From: the human T2T-CHM13v2.0 reference genome, Homo sapiens
Assembly (NCBI RefSeq): GCF_009914755.1
Contig: NC_060929.1
Length of the DNA: 64,000 nt
Direction: 5' to 3' (one strand)
Numbering within the stretch: position 1 is the stretch's first letter; each line of letters opens with the position of its first letter. Made by a program: the position numbers and the translations under genes. Shown here piece after piece: positions 1-22,964 of the stretch. The notes under the pieces are model-generated. The model saw only the letters and a list, made by a program, of their open reading frames with translations. It was not told the DNA's origin and made no database searches.

Positions 1-1309
1 TTATCAAAACACTTGTTTCACTAATTGTAATCATATAGCTTTCACTGCAAGGTGCCTTGCAGTCATCTACTCTTGTAATGACATCCTCTTTATGCTATGA
101 CATGCCTAGCAGGGATCTTGGCATCGAAGGCTAATTGATATTTATTTGCATTAATTTGCTTTCTAGTTCTGTAATATGTCTATCCCTCATGAACAAGGAA
201 CTGGTCTGGTGATGCTTTTAGGCAAACATTACACATAGTACTCTAGTATGTGGATACTTAGATACAGATATTTTAAGTAGATAACCACTTCCTTCAGCTC
301 GTATAAGAATGTCCCTCAGATTACTGAGGGAGAGTCAGTCTCTCACGGTTGATGTCTCTGTGTGAATTATTCAAAAAAATCACCAAATGCCCCCAGTAAG
401 CAACAGGTGAGTCATATTTTCAAACAGCCCAGAAAGTTATTACATCTCCTTCAACTGCACAGAAAGCTCAATGATAAAAAACAAAAACAAACATCAGGAG
501 TGCCTCAACTCTCCTATAGTGGGGCTGAATCCTAAATTGACCATAACTAGATCATGACTTTTCTTAGTAACAGGGGCCCTAGAGCTTTCTTGGTTGTGGT
601 ATATACTCTCTCTATGAGTGTCAAACTTCTGATAGCTTTGGAGCTTCACATGAATACAGCAGGCCAGTGAACAGAGTGGAAATGGCTGAATTGAAGAGCC
701 AAGACATGGAGCAGCAGACTGTGCACTAAAGGGACGCCTTCAAGCAGGGCAGCTGGCTATGACTTTCTGCTGTTACCTCATTTCCTGGGCCCTGTTATCT
801 TGCTTGTTTTGAAATAAAGAAATATGTCAACTGATATTTGTGAAATGACATTATGCACACGGTAATTCATTGCAGAATTGCTTGTAATTATAAAAGTCTG
901 GAAATTACTGAAAAGTCCATCAGTAGAGGGCTAGTTAACAGAACTATGGTACATTCATCCAATGGGATAGCACACAGCCATCAGTACAGAAGAATAAAGA
1001 AGCTGTTTGTATCCTGATATGGAAAGATCTCCTTATAAGTTCCCAAAATTGACTTCAGAATGCTACCCTGTGTATAAAAAGTGGGAAAAAATAAATGAGG
1101 AAACACAAGAAAGTGATAATATTGGCTACCTTTAGGGAGGGAAATGAAGTGCTTGGGGTTAGGAAGGAGACTTCTCACATTATGTTTCTCATAAAATGGT
1201 TTCTCATATTTTAGCATTTTAGAATTTGCTATGATCAGTGTGTCTTACCTATATCAATACATACACACATGAACACACTTTTTTCCCACATATACTTTTT
1301 ACAGAAATA

Positions 1310-1590
1310 ATTTTTATTGTGGGAAAATATGGTCATTTTAATCATTTGTAAATGTGCAATTCAGTGGCATTAAATAGATTCAGAGTGCAGTGTACCCATC
1401 GCCACTATGTATACCCACCAAATTTTTAGTATTCCCACCAAAAACTCTTTAGCCATTAAACAATAACTCCCCATTCTCCCTCCCTCCAGGCCCTTGGTAA
1501 CCTGTGTTCTACTTCTGATGAATTTGCCTATTCTAGGTACCTTGTACAAATGGAATCATATAATATTTGTTCTTTGTCTGGCTTATGCCA
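1310..1590 (-). mobile_element. Old L1 (L1MB-like) 3' fragment
   Basis: caattcagtggcatta...aataactccccattctccc...atggaatcatataatattt motifs. Confidence 0.7.
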
Positions 1591-2309
1591 TTCTCCCACA
1601 TACTTTTGTTTTCTAAAGAAAACATCTATCAGCTGGATAAATAAAGTTGTGAAAGTTTGAAATGTTGTTCATGTCTTTAGAAAAAAGAGAACAGATCTTG
1701 TGAAATGTGTTGACGTGCCTTGGACAAGGTAGCTCATGCCTGGTGTTTCCTAGAAACCTTAGATAACTCATTGTAACCTTTAAAAGGTTAACTAGTTGCC
1801 CAGCTTAATCTCAGAAAATGAAGTCAAATAGCCACCATTTCCCACAAACCTTGGCTCATATATGGCAGAGCTTTTTGAAGAGGGGCCCTAGAGGCCTTCA
1901 GAGACTCCATGAATCTTTTCTGAAATTGCATGCAAATTTGTTGCGTGTCCCCTTTTGGGAGATAAGTTCTTTAGTATTCAGAGATTTTCAAAGTGGTCCA
2001 TAATAATAATTTTGAAAAAGGCTAAGTACCATTGTTAAATAGGATAATTAATTCTGTCCCCTTCCTTGGAACAGATGTAAAAACGCTTTGTTCATCAAAA
2101 AGATTGTGTGAGTACATGATTCATGAATCCACGCCAAGGTAAGTCTCTGAATCGGCTTTACAAAAGAAGTCTGTGGCTTAAGAAAATGATCCTTAGAATT
2201 TACATCCTTAATAAAAATAACGTGGTACATTTGATTTGGTGGCACACAGAAAACACCAAAGCATCCATGTGTGTTTGTACAAGATTATCATGTAAGGAGG
2301 TTGAGGAGT

Positions 2310-2680
2310 TTTTCATTCATTTCATAAATATTGAACACTTACTATGTGTCAGGTATAGACCAAACACTCAAGATATAAAGTAGTAAATAACACAATGTCT
2401 CTCCTCTTATGGGGGCTTGCATCCTATTACTAGGATTTAGACAATAAAGGAGAGAAAAAAGAAATGACACTTTCAGATAACCCTAAGTGCTTCAGAGAGT
2501 GCTTAGAGATTTCACTGTTAGATAGTGTGATTGGGAAATTCCTCTCTGGGAAGATGGCATCTGAACTGAAACCTGATGGGCAAGAATGAGCCAGCCACGT
2601 AAAGAGCTGGGAAAGGACATTCTAGGCAGAGGGAGCCACAGTGCCAAGCTCCAGCTGCAGGTAAGATTGGAGAAACTGAG
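2310..2680 (-). mobile_element. L2 fragment
   Basis: ttcattcatt...attgaacacttactatgtgtcagg...cattctaggcagagggag. Confidence 0.7.
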
Positions 2681-3469
2681 TAGTATGGGGTGATTGGCCA
2701 CCTGTCTCCTCACTTTAGGGCTACTCCTCTTCTACCCTCAGGTCTCCACTCCCTTTTACATCCCACCTACACTTTAGCAAACAGTATGATTCCAGCCCTC
2801 AATATTCCTTCTCACTCCTACAAAGTCCTCTTGAGCCCTTGATGCCATCACTGCCTTGCTTATGTGCAAACATCCCACTGACCCAAGCAAACAGTAAGCT
2901 CTGGGAGAAGCAGTACGTTGGCTCCTGCATAAATGTTGTTATGGGCTAGAGGGAGCAGGCCAATCACAGAGGCAGGGAGAGTGGTGAGGCCATCTAGATT
3001 GAGCCTCACATTCACAAAGTTCTTCACATTTACATTTGACCATCACTATCATACATAGGGTATTATGTCATTTATGTGTGTTAAAGGTGCTATTTATTAA
3101 GCACTTATGTATATGTAGAAAACATGTAACTATACCATAATTTTGCTTTTTGTTATAATGGGATACAAAAAAAATGAGAAGTGGCCCAGCCTTCTTTTAC
3201 CTTGAAAGGCCTAAATATAAAGAGAATGAGTTTTAGAGGATGATTGCTTGAGATCAAATCCTGGCTTCAATCCTAGCTCTGTAATATTTTGGCTAGATAC
3301 CTTTTGGCGAGTTTCTTAACCATGCTGAATATGTGTATATAGAAAGAGGAATTGTGTTCTAGGATGGATGGTAAAAAGAGCCTCCCTCATACCTAATTTA
3401 GATAATGATATATGGATAAGGGTTTTGGACTTCTGAGTTGATATTGTGATGGGATGTAACTCTGTGATC

Positions 3470-3905
3470 AGGAGAAAGGCCTTCCAAAGGCATTCAATCT
3501 AATACTCAGAACCTAGAAATGTTATTTCATGTGGCCAAAAACAAAACAACTTCTCAGATGTGATTAAGGATACAATCTTGAGATGGAGACATTGTCTAGT
3601 TCCTCAAAGAAAAAAAGGGAAGTAAATGAGATGTAGAAGGACTAAATCCGCCATTGCTGGCTTTGAAGATGGAGGAAGGATGTTCAAGTCAAGGAATACT
3701 GGACAGTCTTTAGGAGCTGAGGGAAAAAGAAACCCACAAAACAAGAAAACAGATACTGTGCAGCGTACAGAAAGGAGTGTAGCCCTTACAATACTGATTC
3801 TAGTGCTGCGAAACAGACTTCTGACCTGCAGGGCTATAGAATAATACATCTGCATTGCTTTAACCCTCTACGTTTGTGATAATGTGCTATATACAGCAGC
3901 AGAAA
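3470..3905 (+). mobile_element. MaLR LTR (MLT1-type)
   Basis: gatgtgattaagg, gctggctttgaagatggagg, cagacttctgacct motifs. Confidence 0.75.
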
Positions 3906-4607
3906 TATACCAATTCATTAAGGTTACTTTTCAGAACTATTAGTAGGCTCAAACAACTTATAACAATACCTAATACATAGTAAGCATTCGATAAGTGTTA
4001 ATATCTTTCCAAAGGATGAGAGAGGAAGCTAACATGTAAATACTAATATGAGATATATAAACAATATAACCAATGAGCTACACAGAAACTATTTTTAAAG
4101 GACTTTGCTAACTAAATTCCCAGAATTAATTAGCTCTAAGATTATGACAGATATTCCTTAAGAAGTTGCTTAGAGCAGGAAGAGCAAACTCGAATGCACA
4201 TGCAGGCTTTGCAGGTAACAAATAATGGAAATAGGTGAGTTTGGGACTGCAGCAGATCGGGGGGCCGACCCATTTAAGAGGCAAACCCCAGCCTAGCCAA
4301 CTAATACCAATAAAAATGCAGTGCAGACCAAGTGTTCTAGATAATTCAAATTTTGAGCAGCTAGAATCCCTCAACTTCTATGAAATCTCCAGTTTTTAAA
4401 TGTCGAAAACCAATCCACATTTAAACACATACAGATATAGACACACAATTTCCAGGCAAAACTGACCACGTCTGAGCCACACTACAGCCAGAGGCTCTCA
4501 GATTGGTGTCTCTGACCAATTAGTGAAGATATTAAGTCCAAAAAGGTTAAGTTGTTTTTGAATGTTTTTTGGCTCTCTCATATTCTTACATCATAAAAGC
4601 ATTTGTC

Positions 4608-5067
<460 letters not shown>

Positions 5068-5146
5068 CTAGATCTAAGAAACTGATTTATGTGAAGTTTC
5101 TATCATGTTAATCAGAAAGACACCTTCAAATTGTGTTCAAATCCAC

Positions 5147-5152
5147 TTTATT
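5147..5152 (-). terminator. CDO1: CDO1 polyadenylation signal AATAAA (3' end near 5130; 3'UTR about 0.7 kb)
   Basis: TTTATT on +; GT/T-rich sequence downstream on the minus strand. Confidence 0.75.
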
Positions 5153-5830
5153 TAAATTATTTGGTAATTTTAGCAGTACAAAATCTTTGACTATGACCAT
5201 GGGACACAGACATGAGTTTATGTTTTGGTTTGTTGTGGTCTGGGGATCATGTACTTTTCTAAATCCTCTGCACTTCCTTTCATTAACAAATGGCAGAGTG
5301 CCGTAAGTTCCTCTATTATTCATAGAAAAGAAATTTGTAAGGTAAGACTGAAAAAATAAAATCTACAGATTCACAAAATTATCTTCCAATATTAAGAACA
5401 TACAAAGTATACTAAAGACATCTACATTTAGTCCTCCAGGTAACAAAGCAAACATTTGACGTTTGACGTTTCTGTTTTTACTTCTTGCTAATTACAGTTC
5501 AGAGACCAAAGTATTTCCAAAAGCTATGAAAACCCTCACTGACGCTCCTAGTATGGATTTAATGGAATTAGAGGATAGAACTATGAGAGCACTTGAAAAC
5601 TTGCCTTTAAAAATCACAAGACTTTCTTTTCCTCAGTGGGACTTTTCTTCTGCAGTAGCTGAGGGCACTATTTGCTTACTTAATGCCTTATAATTAGCAT
5701 CTGCCTTACAGTAGATCTAAGTATTGGCTTATTTAAGTATATTACTGGATAGCACGTGGTAGGTAGCCTTTTTGTCCAAGGCAAACATACAGCGAACCTT
5801 AAAGTAAAACCTCAGAGGGTTTGGTGCCCC

Positions 5831-16795
<10,965 letters not shown>

Positions 16796-16892
16796 CTCGT
16801 GGGGAGCTGGCTGCGCGCGCGTCTCACTGCTGGGCTGCGGTGGAGGAGCTGAGCGAGCCAAGGAGCTGGGGGCGAGGGAGCCTAACAGCCCG

Positions 16893-16931
16893 CTAGACCG
16901 CTAAGCAGACACACACGCACAAACCCAGCAT
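16893..16931 (-). other. uORF MLGLCVCVCLAV* in the CDO1 5'UTR
   Basis: ATG CTG GGT TTG TGC GTG TGT GTC TGC TTA GCG GTC TAG read from the reverse complement; translation is not demonstrated. Confidence 0.55.
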
Positions 16932-17590
16932 TAGAGTGCCGAAACGTAAGGATGTCGTCGCAGAGACAGCAAGAGACCCACCCCCAGGCCCCTGGCAGCG
17001 CAGTGGATCCGGGATCGCTGGAGACGCGGTGCACACACAAATCAGGTTCAGATCTGTGGGGTTCATCCTCCCGGGCCCCTTTTAAGCGCTTGGAGTCACT
17101 AGGAATGTACCAACGGCCCTCGGAGGGAGGACGAGGCGGAGAGCCACCCAAGAAAGGTGGCGGAGGCGGGGAGACCCTGCGGGCACGGCTCACGCGCACA
17201 TCCCCGGCTTCCCCGGGCTCCGCGCCTTCCCAAGAGCCCCGTTGTCTCCGGCGTCCCAGGGATCGCGTGGGCTCCGCGCAATCTCTCCCCCACTTTAACG
17301 GCGCGTTTTAGCCGCCCGGCCTAACGCCTCTCCCCGCTCCACCTCCGCCGCTGTGGTTCGCGACGCTGGGACGTAGACAAAAAGGGTCGGAGGAGATGGC
17401 TGCGGGGACTGACGCTGAGTAAAGGAGGAAAAGAAAAGGGAAGGAGAGGGACACTTCTTCCAAATAGAGAATTGTGAGGAGCCTGCGAAAATTGAGGATG
17501 GATTCCACTCCTAGGCCAGAGAGTGCCTGTTTTGTCGATTGAAACTATCCACGATATGCCCCAGGCTAGGTGAAAATAAGTCCAAGACTT

Positions 17591-17625
17591 TATATATATA
17601 TATATTTAAGTATACACACACACAT
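17591..17625 (+). repeat. (TA)n(CA)n microsatellite upstream of CDO1
   Basis: tatatatatatata...tacacacacacat. Confidence 0.8.
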
Positions 17626-18859
17626 ATTTTTTAAAATGCGTACTGAAATATATTTTGACAAAGGAGACTCGGGTCTCTAGTAAGACAATTAGTGAAATGA
17701 TGGAAAACCAAGAACTCTTTGATTTTAAAATCAAATATTTTCTTTTAAAAAATATCCAGTGCAAATAACCTGATATTTCATTTGATGGTGTAAAAGGGGG
17801 CTTTTTCTGAGGGGATAGGGCGGGCTCTGACGCAATAATTTAAGAGGCTATAATTATATTTGAATCTTTCAACCTTAGGCATGTGCTTGAAGGAGCCTGC
17901 TAGTACATACATATAAGGAAACACGTTTCTACGTCATGCATAGCACCTAGTACGTTGGGAACAACACAAATCAAGTACAGTAGGATTTAAATGAGAAAGA
18001 TGTGAAAGGTGGAAGAAATGCAAGTGTAGATTTCTTCCTTCTCATTATGGATGGACGCAGGGAATAATTTGGATTTAAGGTTATTAAAGTTCTAGACTTC
18101 TGAAGACCTGTTTTTTTCTAGACTATGATCACCCTCCCTCGTGTATATACATGTATACAATGAAATTTACTTGTGCCAGGTAGTCTTAAACATCTCTGGT
18201 AAAACTCGCTACATTATATTCTAACAGTGTTGTTAAAAGCGGAATCACCTATTGTTCAAAAATGGCTACAAGTAGAAAGCATTCCAGAAGCCAGCCTTGG
18301 TGATGTGTGTTGCTGCGGGGTAGTGAATTAACAAAGTATTTTGTGACAGAGTAACCTGTAAACTTTTCATGGTTTCCTCAAATTATTTTTTATTCTTGGC
18401 AATGTTTTCTATTGAGTCTCTTAATTACTTCATTTCAGCTAGTCTAATCCATAAATGTTTGGAATGAACAACAAAAATGAAATGCAAGCACAATTTATCT
18501 TTTCTGCATTTCAGTTGATAAAACTTCTAAATTTTTCTGACAATTCATTTTCTTTCTCTGACTCCTCTTTTTCTTTTTACATTTTTATGAAAGTAATATA
18601 TTCACGTAGTTAAAAAAATCAATAGTACTGGAAGGTCAATGAAAAGCAGCAGGCCCTTTTAACCATTCCTGACCATCTGTCCTGTGCTTAAAGAGTCAGT
18701 CTCTTAACTCTTCTAACTATTCCTTGTGGTAGTTACTTCCTTTTTCCAAAAATAGGCTTATATTTTTTTTTGTTTCAGCAATTTTAGATATTATCTAGTC
18801 ATTTTACATTATGATAGCTCCATTCGTTTATTATTCATTCATTAATTTATTCAACAAAT

Positions 18860-20080
18860 GTTTTTTCGGGTGAATAGAAATTTTCATTTCACCTGAGTAA
18901 ATACCTAGGAGTGAGATTGCTGGGCCATTTAGTCAGTGCATGTTTAAATTTGCAAGAAATTGACATACTAATTTGCAAAGGGTCTGTGCCATTTCACATT
19001 CTCAACAGTGATGTATGAGTTCTAGTTGCCCCGCATCCTCGCCAGGTATTGTCAGTTTTACCAATTTTGGCCAAATAGAGGTGTGCTGATATTGCATTGT
19101 GTTCTTCATTTTCTATATCTCTAATTCTTATGGGCAGGTCTTTGTTCTTAGAGCTCCCAAGATGGTGGCCACCGCTCCCAGGATGGCAGCAAGCCTTTTG
19201 TTCTCTGAACTGGGGTTCTTGGCCTCATGGATTCCAAGGAATGGAACCTTGGACCATGCGGTGAGTGTTATAGCTCTATTAGAAGCCGTGGGTCACAGAA
19301 GAGAACCGTGGAACCCAGCTACTAGTGTTCAGCTCAAATAGGACGAACCCGGGCACTTAGCCATGCAGGAACAATGGCAAGCCTTTAGCCGGATCGGGAG
19401 TGGCAATGGGTGCCTCGCTGGATCAGCAAAGCAGCGGACACCCTGCCGGATCTGGAGGGGTGGAAGTCGGTGGCGGGTCTGTGACAGTGGCAAACAGCAG
19501 TGGTGAAAAGCGAGCGAAAGCTCAGCTCGAGCCATAACAAACACAGACCAGAAGAGTGTGCAGTTGCTAGATTTAATAGAGTGAAAACACAGCTCCCATA
19601 CAATGCGACGGCACGCAAAGAGGGTTGCCACTCCCTGCTTTAATGCCTGGGTTTATATCCGGATCATTGTCCCTCCCCCATGCTCTCAGGCGATATATTA
19701 TTTGACTATTTCTTTACCTCCTGCTTTAGCCTAATTTGTATTTTAGTGAGCCCTCTTTACTGCCTGATTGGTTGGGTGTGAGCTGAGTTACAAGCCCCGT
19801 GTTTAAAAGTAGTTGCAGTCACCTTTCCCAGCTAGGGCTTAGGAATTCTTAGTCGGCCTAGGAAATCCAGCTTGTCCTGTCTCTCATAATGACTAATGAT
19901 GTTGAGCATATTTTTATGTGATTAGTTATTTGTAAATAATTTTTGGTGAAATATCCAAGTATTTTGTCCTTTTAAAAACTTAATTATCTGTTCTTATTGT
20001 TGAGTTTTAAGAGTTTATTATATATTCTAGAAACAAGTCAGATGTGTGATTTGTATATATTTCCTCCCAGTCTGTGACTG
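18860..20080 (-). mobile_element. Old L1 (L1MB/ME-like) fragment, host of the LTR17 insertion
   Basis: aaatacctaggagtgagattgctgg...ctaat|gactaatgatgttgagcat continuity across the LTR. Confidence 0.7.
19126..19886 (-). mobile_element. HERV-W solo LTR (LTR17), about 760 bp
   Basis: Minus strand begins TGAGAGACAGGACAAGCTGGATTTCCTAGGCCGACTAAGAAT, matching the HERV-W U3 start; CCAAT at 19767-19771; GGATATAAAC TATA at 19651-19660; ATTAAA at 19572-19577; 4-bp TSD TAAT at 19122 and 19887. Confidence 0.93.
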
Positions 20081-20092
20081 GTCTTTTGTTTG

Positions 20093-20378
20093 TTTTTTTG
20101 GACAAAGGTCTTGCTGTGTCACTGAGGCTGGAGTGCAGTGGAGCCATTGGCTCACTGCAGCTTTCAACACCTGAGCTCAGGCAAGCCTACTGCCTACGCC
20201 TACTGAGTGGCAGGGACTACAGGCGTGCACCACCACACTTGGCTGATTTTTTATTTTTTTGTAGAGATGTGGTCTTGTTATGTTGCACAGGCTGGGCTTG
20301 AACTACTAGGCTTAAGTGATCTTCCTGCCTCAGCCTCCTGAAGTGTTGAGATTATAGGCATGAGCTACTGTACCTACC
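20093..20378 (-). mobile_element. AluJ
   Basis: Diverged reverse Alu dimer. Confidence 0.88.
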
Positions 20379-20379
20379 C

Positions 20380-20570
20380 TCTTTTCAACTTTTTAGATTC
20401 AGGGGTTACATGTGCAGGTTACCTGGGTATATTGTGTGATGCTGAGGTTTCTGGTACAAATGTTATTGTCACCTAGGTACTGAGCATAGTATCCAACAGT
20501 TTCAACCCTTTTTCTCCTCCATCCTCCCTCTAGTTATCCCCAGTGTCTATTGTTGCCATCTTTATGCCCA
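20380..20570 (-). mobile_element. L1PA/PB 3' end fragment
   Basis: gattcaggggttacatgtgcagg...gtactgagcatagta. Confidence 0.75.
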
Positions 20571-21979
20571 TCTGACTCCACCTCTTGACCTTCAAAGACC
20601 TCAAGGAACTTTCTTAATATACTGATATTGACACATTTTTATTGTTTCTTCTCTCAACTTCCTCCCTTCCCTCACACTCAGGATTTCATTGATTGTCTGT
20701 ATGTGGATGCCACCCACATTCCCTTAGTTTTACATGCAGACTGCAATCTCCAACACCTTTTGGCACCTCCGATGCAGTATGTGTGAAACTCCTTTCAAGA
20801 ATGCTCTTCCAAACTCCTAAAGGTTCTATTTCTGCAATGAGGCACCCAGGCTCAAAAACCTCATCCACTGCTGCCTACTCCTTCCTTGCATCATTATCCA
20901 GACCCCATTCAACCAATTGCCAAGTTTTGTATCTCCTTATCATTTTCTCTACTTTGTATTCTTATTGCTATTCCACTATTCAAACCTCTATTTGATTTTG
21001 GCTGGATTATGGCACTGGCCTCTGAAATGGATTCCTTGGTTCCAGCTTTCTCCCATATGTATCCTTTATTCACAATTGCTTGATTTCTTAGCCTAAAGCA
21101 CAGAACTGATGATGTTGTTTCCTGGTCACATTCTTCCAATAACTCTAACTTTCCTATACAATAGGTCTTATCAGGCTGGCATTAATTTTTTTTTCATATT
21201 TTGGCTGTAAACTACCTTTCTTGATATTTCGCCTTTTATTATTTTTCTTTATGAATATATCTTTCAGCCAAATTGAATGTGCTTACCAAATCCATTCTTT
21301 TGCTTAAGCTTTTCCTTCTGCTTAAATCCTAGCCAGCCATTTCAACATGTCCCAATCTTATTTTAAGATCCAGCTTTTACTTTCCTGTCAAATGTGCCAT
21401 TTCTCCTCCTCCTGAACAATGGAACAATCACTATCTTCCTTAAGGCACTTACCATTTCTCAGCATGTATTGCAATTACTTACGTGGATCACTTTGACAGT
21501 GAGAACCTTTAAGACAGGCTCCTCTTAAATTTTATTTTTATATCACCATCAGGGCCTAGCACACAGTATTTTGTGCAGGTTAGGCACAAATAGAAATATT
21601 TCTTAAGTGCATGCATAAATGAAATTAGTAAAAGCATATTGGCTAGAGTTCCTCAATACTAGAGTTATTGGCTAGTAAAAGCATTCGTCTAGTTCCTCAT
21701 TCCTCTTTAAGGATCCTAGGGTTGTGATTTCAAATCCAGAAAAGACTTTTTTCAGGTTCTTTGCAAAGGACATCTGAATTCTTCCCAACAGTGTTGCATA
21801 TTGTAACCTAAATGTAGTCATTAAAAAAAGTTGACATTATAGACTTTATTAACATAAGTAGAATACCTAGATCCAGAGAGGTAGCTCTACTGTACTCTGA
21901 ATTGTCCAGGGCAATCAATGACTGTCACATTTTCAGACAGGCATTGACATGGTGGTAGATATAAAGAGAAGGGAACTAT

Positions 21980-22612
21980 CCAACATATTTTAAAAAGCAT
22001 GTACTATATGCCAGGCACTGCTAACAAAACTAAGCCACTGCCCTCAGAGGGCTTACATTTTAATGGGGTTGGGTTGGTAGGAGGAGCACACCAACAAATA
22101 TTGTATACAGCATACATGGAGAAATGGACATACAAATACTTGATAAAATACACAATGGAGAAAAATAAAACAGGGGAAGTTGGGTAAGTAGAGTGGCGAG
22201 TTGCTGTTTCAGAGGGAGTTCAGGGGAACATTTCCTTGAGGTGGTATTTGAGCGAGGACTGAAGGATATTAGCAAGACATTTGTCTAGGGCAAGTTTCCA
22301 GGTGGAAGAACCAGTAAGTGCAACAGCCCTGGGATTGCAGAAAGCTTAGTGTTTGAGTAACAGCATTTGGGTGGCAGAGTGTGGGGAAGTGATGACCACA
22401 TATCACATAGGCCAAGGTAAAGACTTCAGCTTTTACACCAATATAGAAAGCCACTGGGGATTCTAGGCGAGGAGAGAGTACATACAGAGGAACCAACGAG
22501 TTAGTTGTTGCAATTTGAGTGAAAAAAAACTATGATGGTGGCTCTGTCCACAGTGGTAGCAGATAAGAAATGGCTGGACTCTGAACATGTTTTGCAGGTA
22601 AATCAGTCAGGC
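21980..22612 (-). mobile_element. L2 fragment
   Basis: tactatatgccaggcactg; gaggtggtatttgagcgaggactgaagga; gccactggggattct. Confidence 0.7.
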
Positions 22613-22964
22613 TTTTAAATTTTTATGGATACATAAATGTACATATATATGGGGTACATGTGAAATTTTGATACAAGCATACAATATGTAATGATCAAAT
22701 AAAGGTAACTGAAATATCCATCACCTCAAGCATTTCTCATCCTTTGTGTTATGAACATTCCAACTCCACTTTTCTAGTTATTTTTTGAAGTATATATTAT
22801 TAACTATAGTCACCCAATTGTGCTACCCAACACTAGATTTTTTTCCTTCTAACTGTGTATTTTTTTTACTCATTAACCAACCCTTTATCATTCCCCTTTT
22901 CCTACTACCCTTCCCAGCCTCTGGTAACCATCATCTACACTGTATTTCCATAAAAGCAACTTCA

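Noticed and set aside
16796-16900. In-frame non-AUG N-terminal extension of CDO1 (TTG 16861, CTG 16888)
   Set aside because: Poor contexts, bounded by an in-frame TAG at 16901-16903, no supporting evidence
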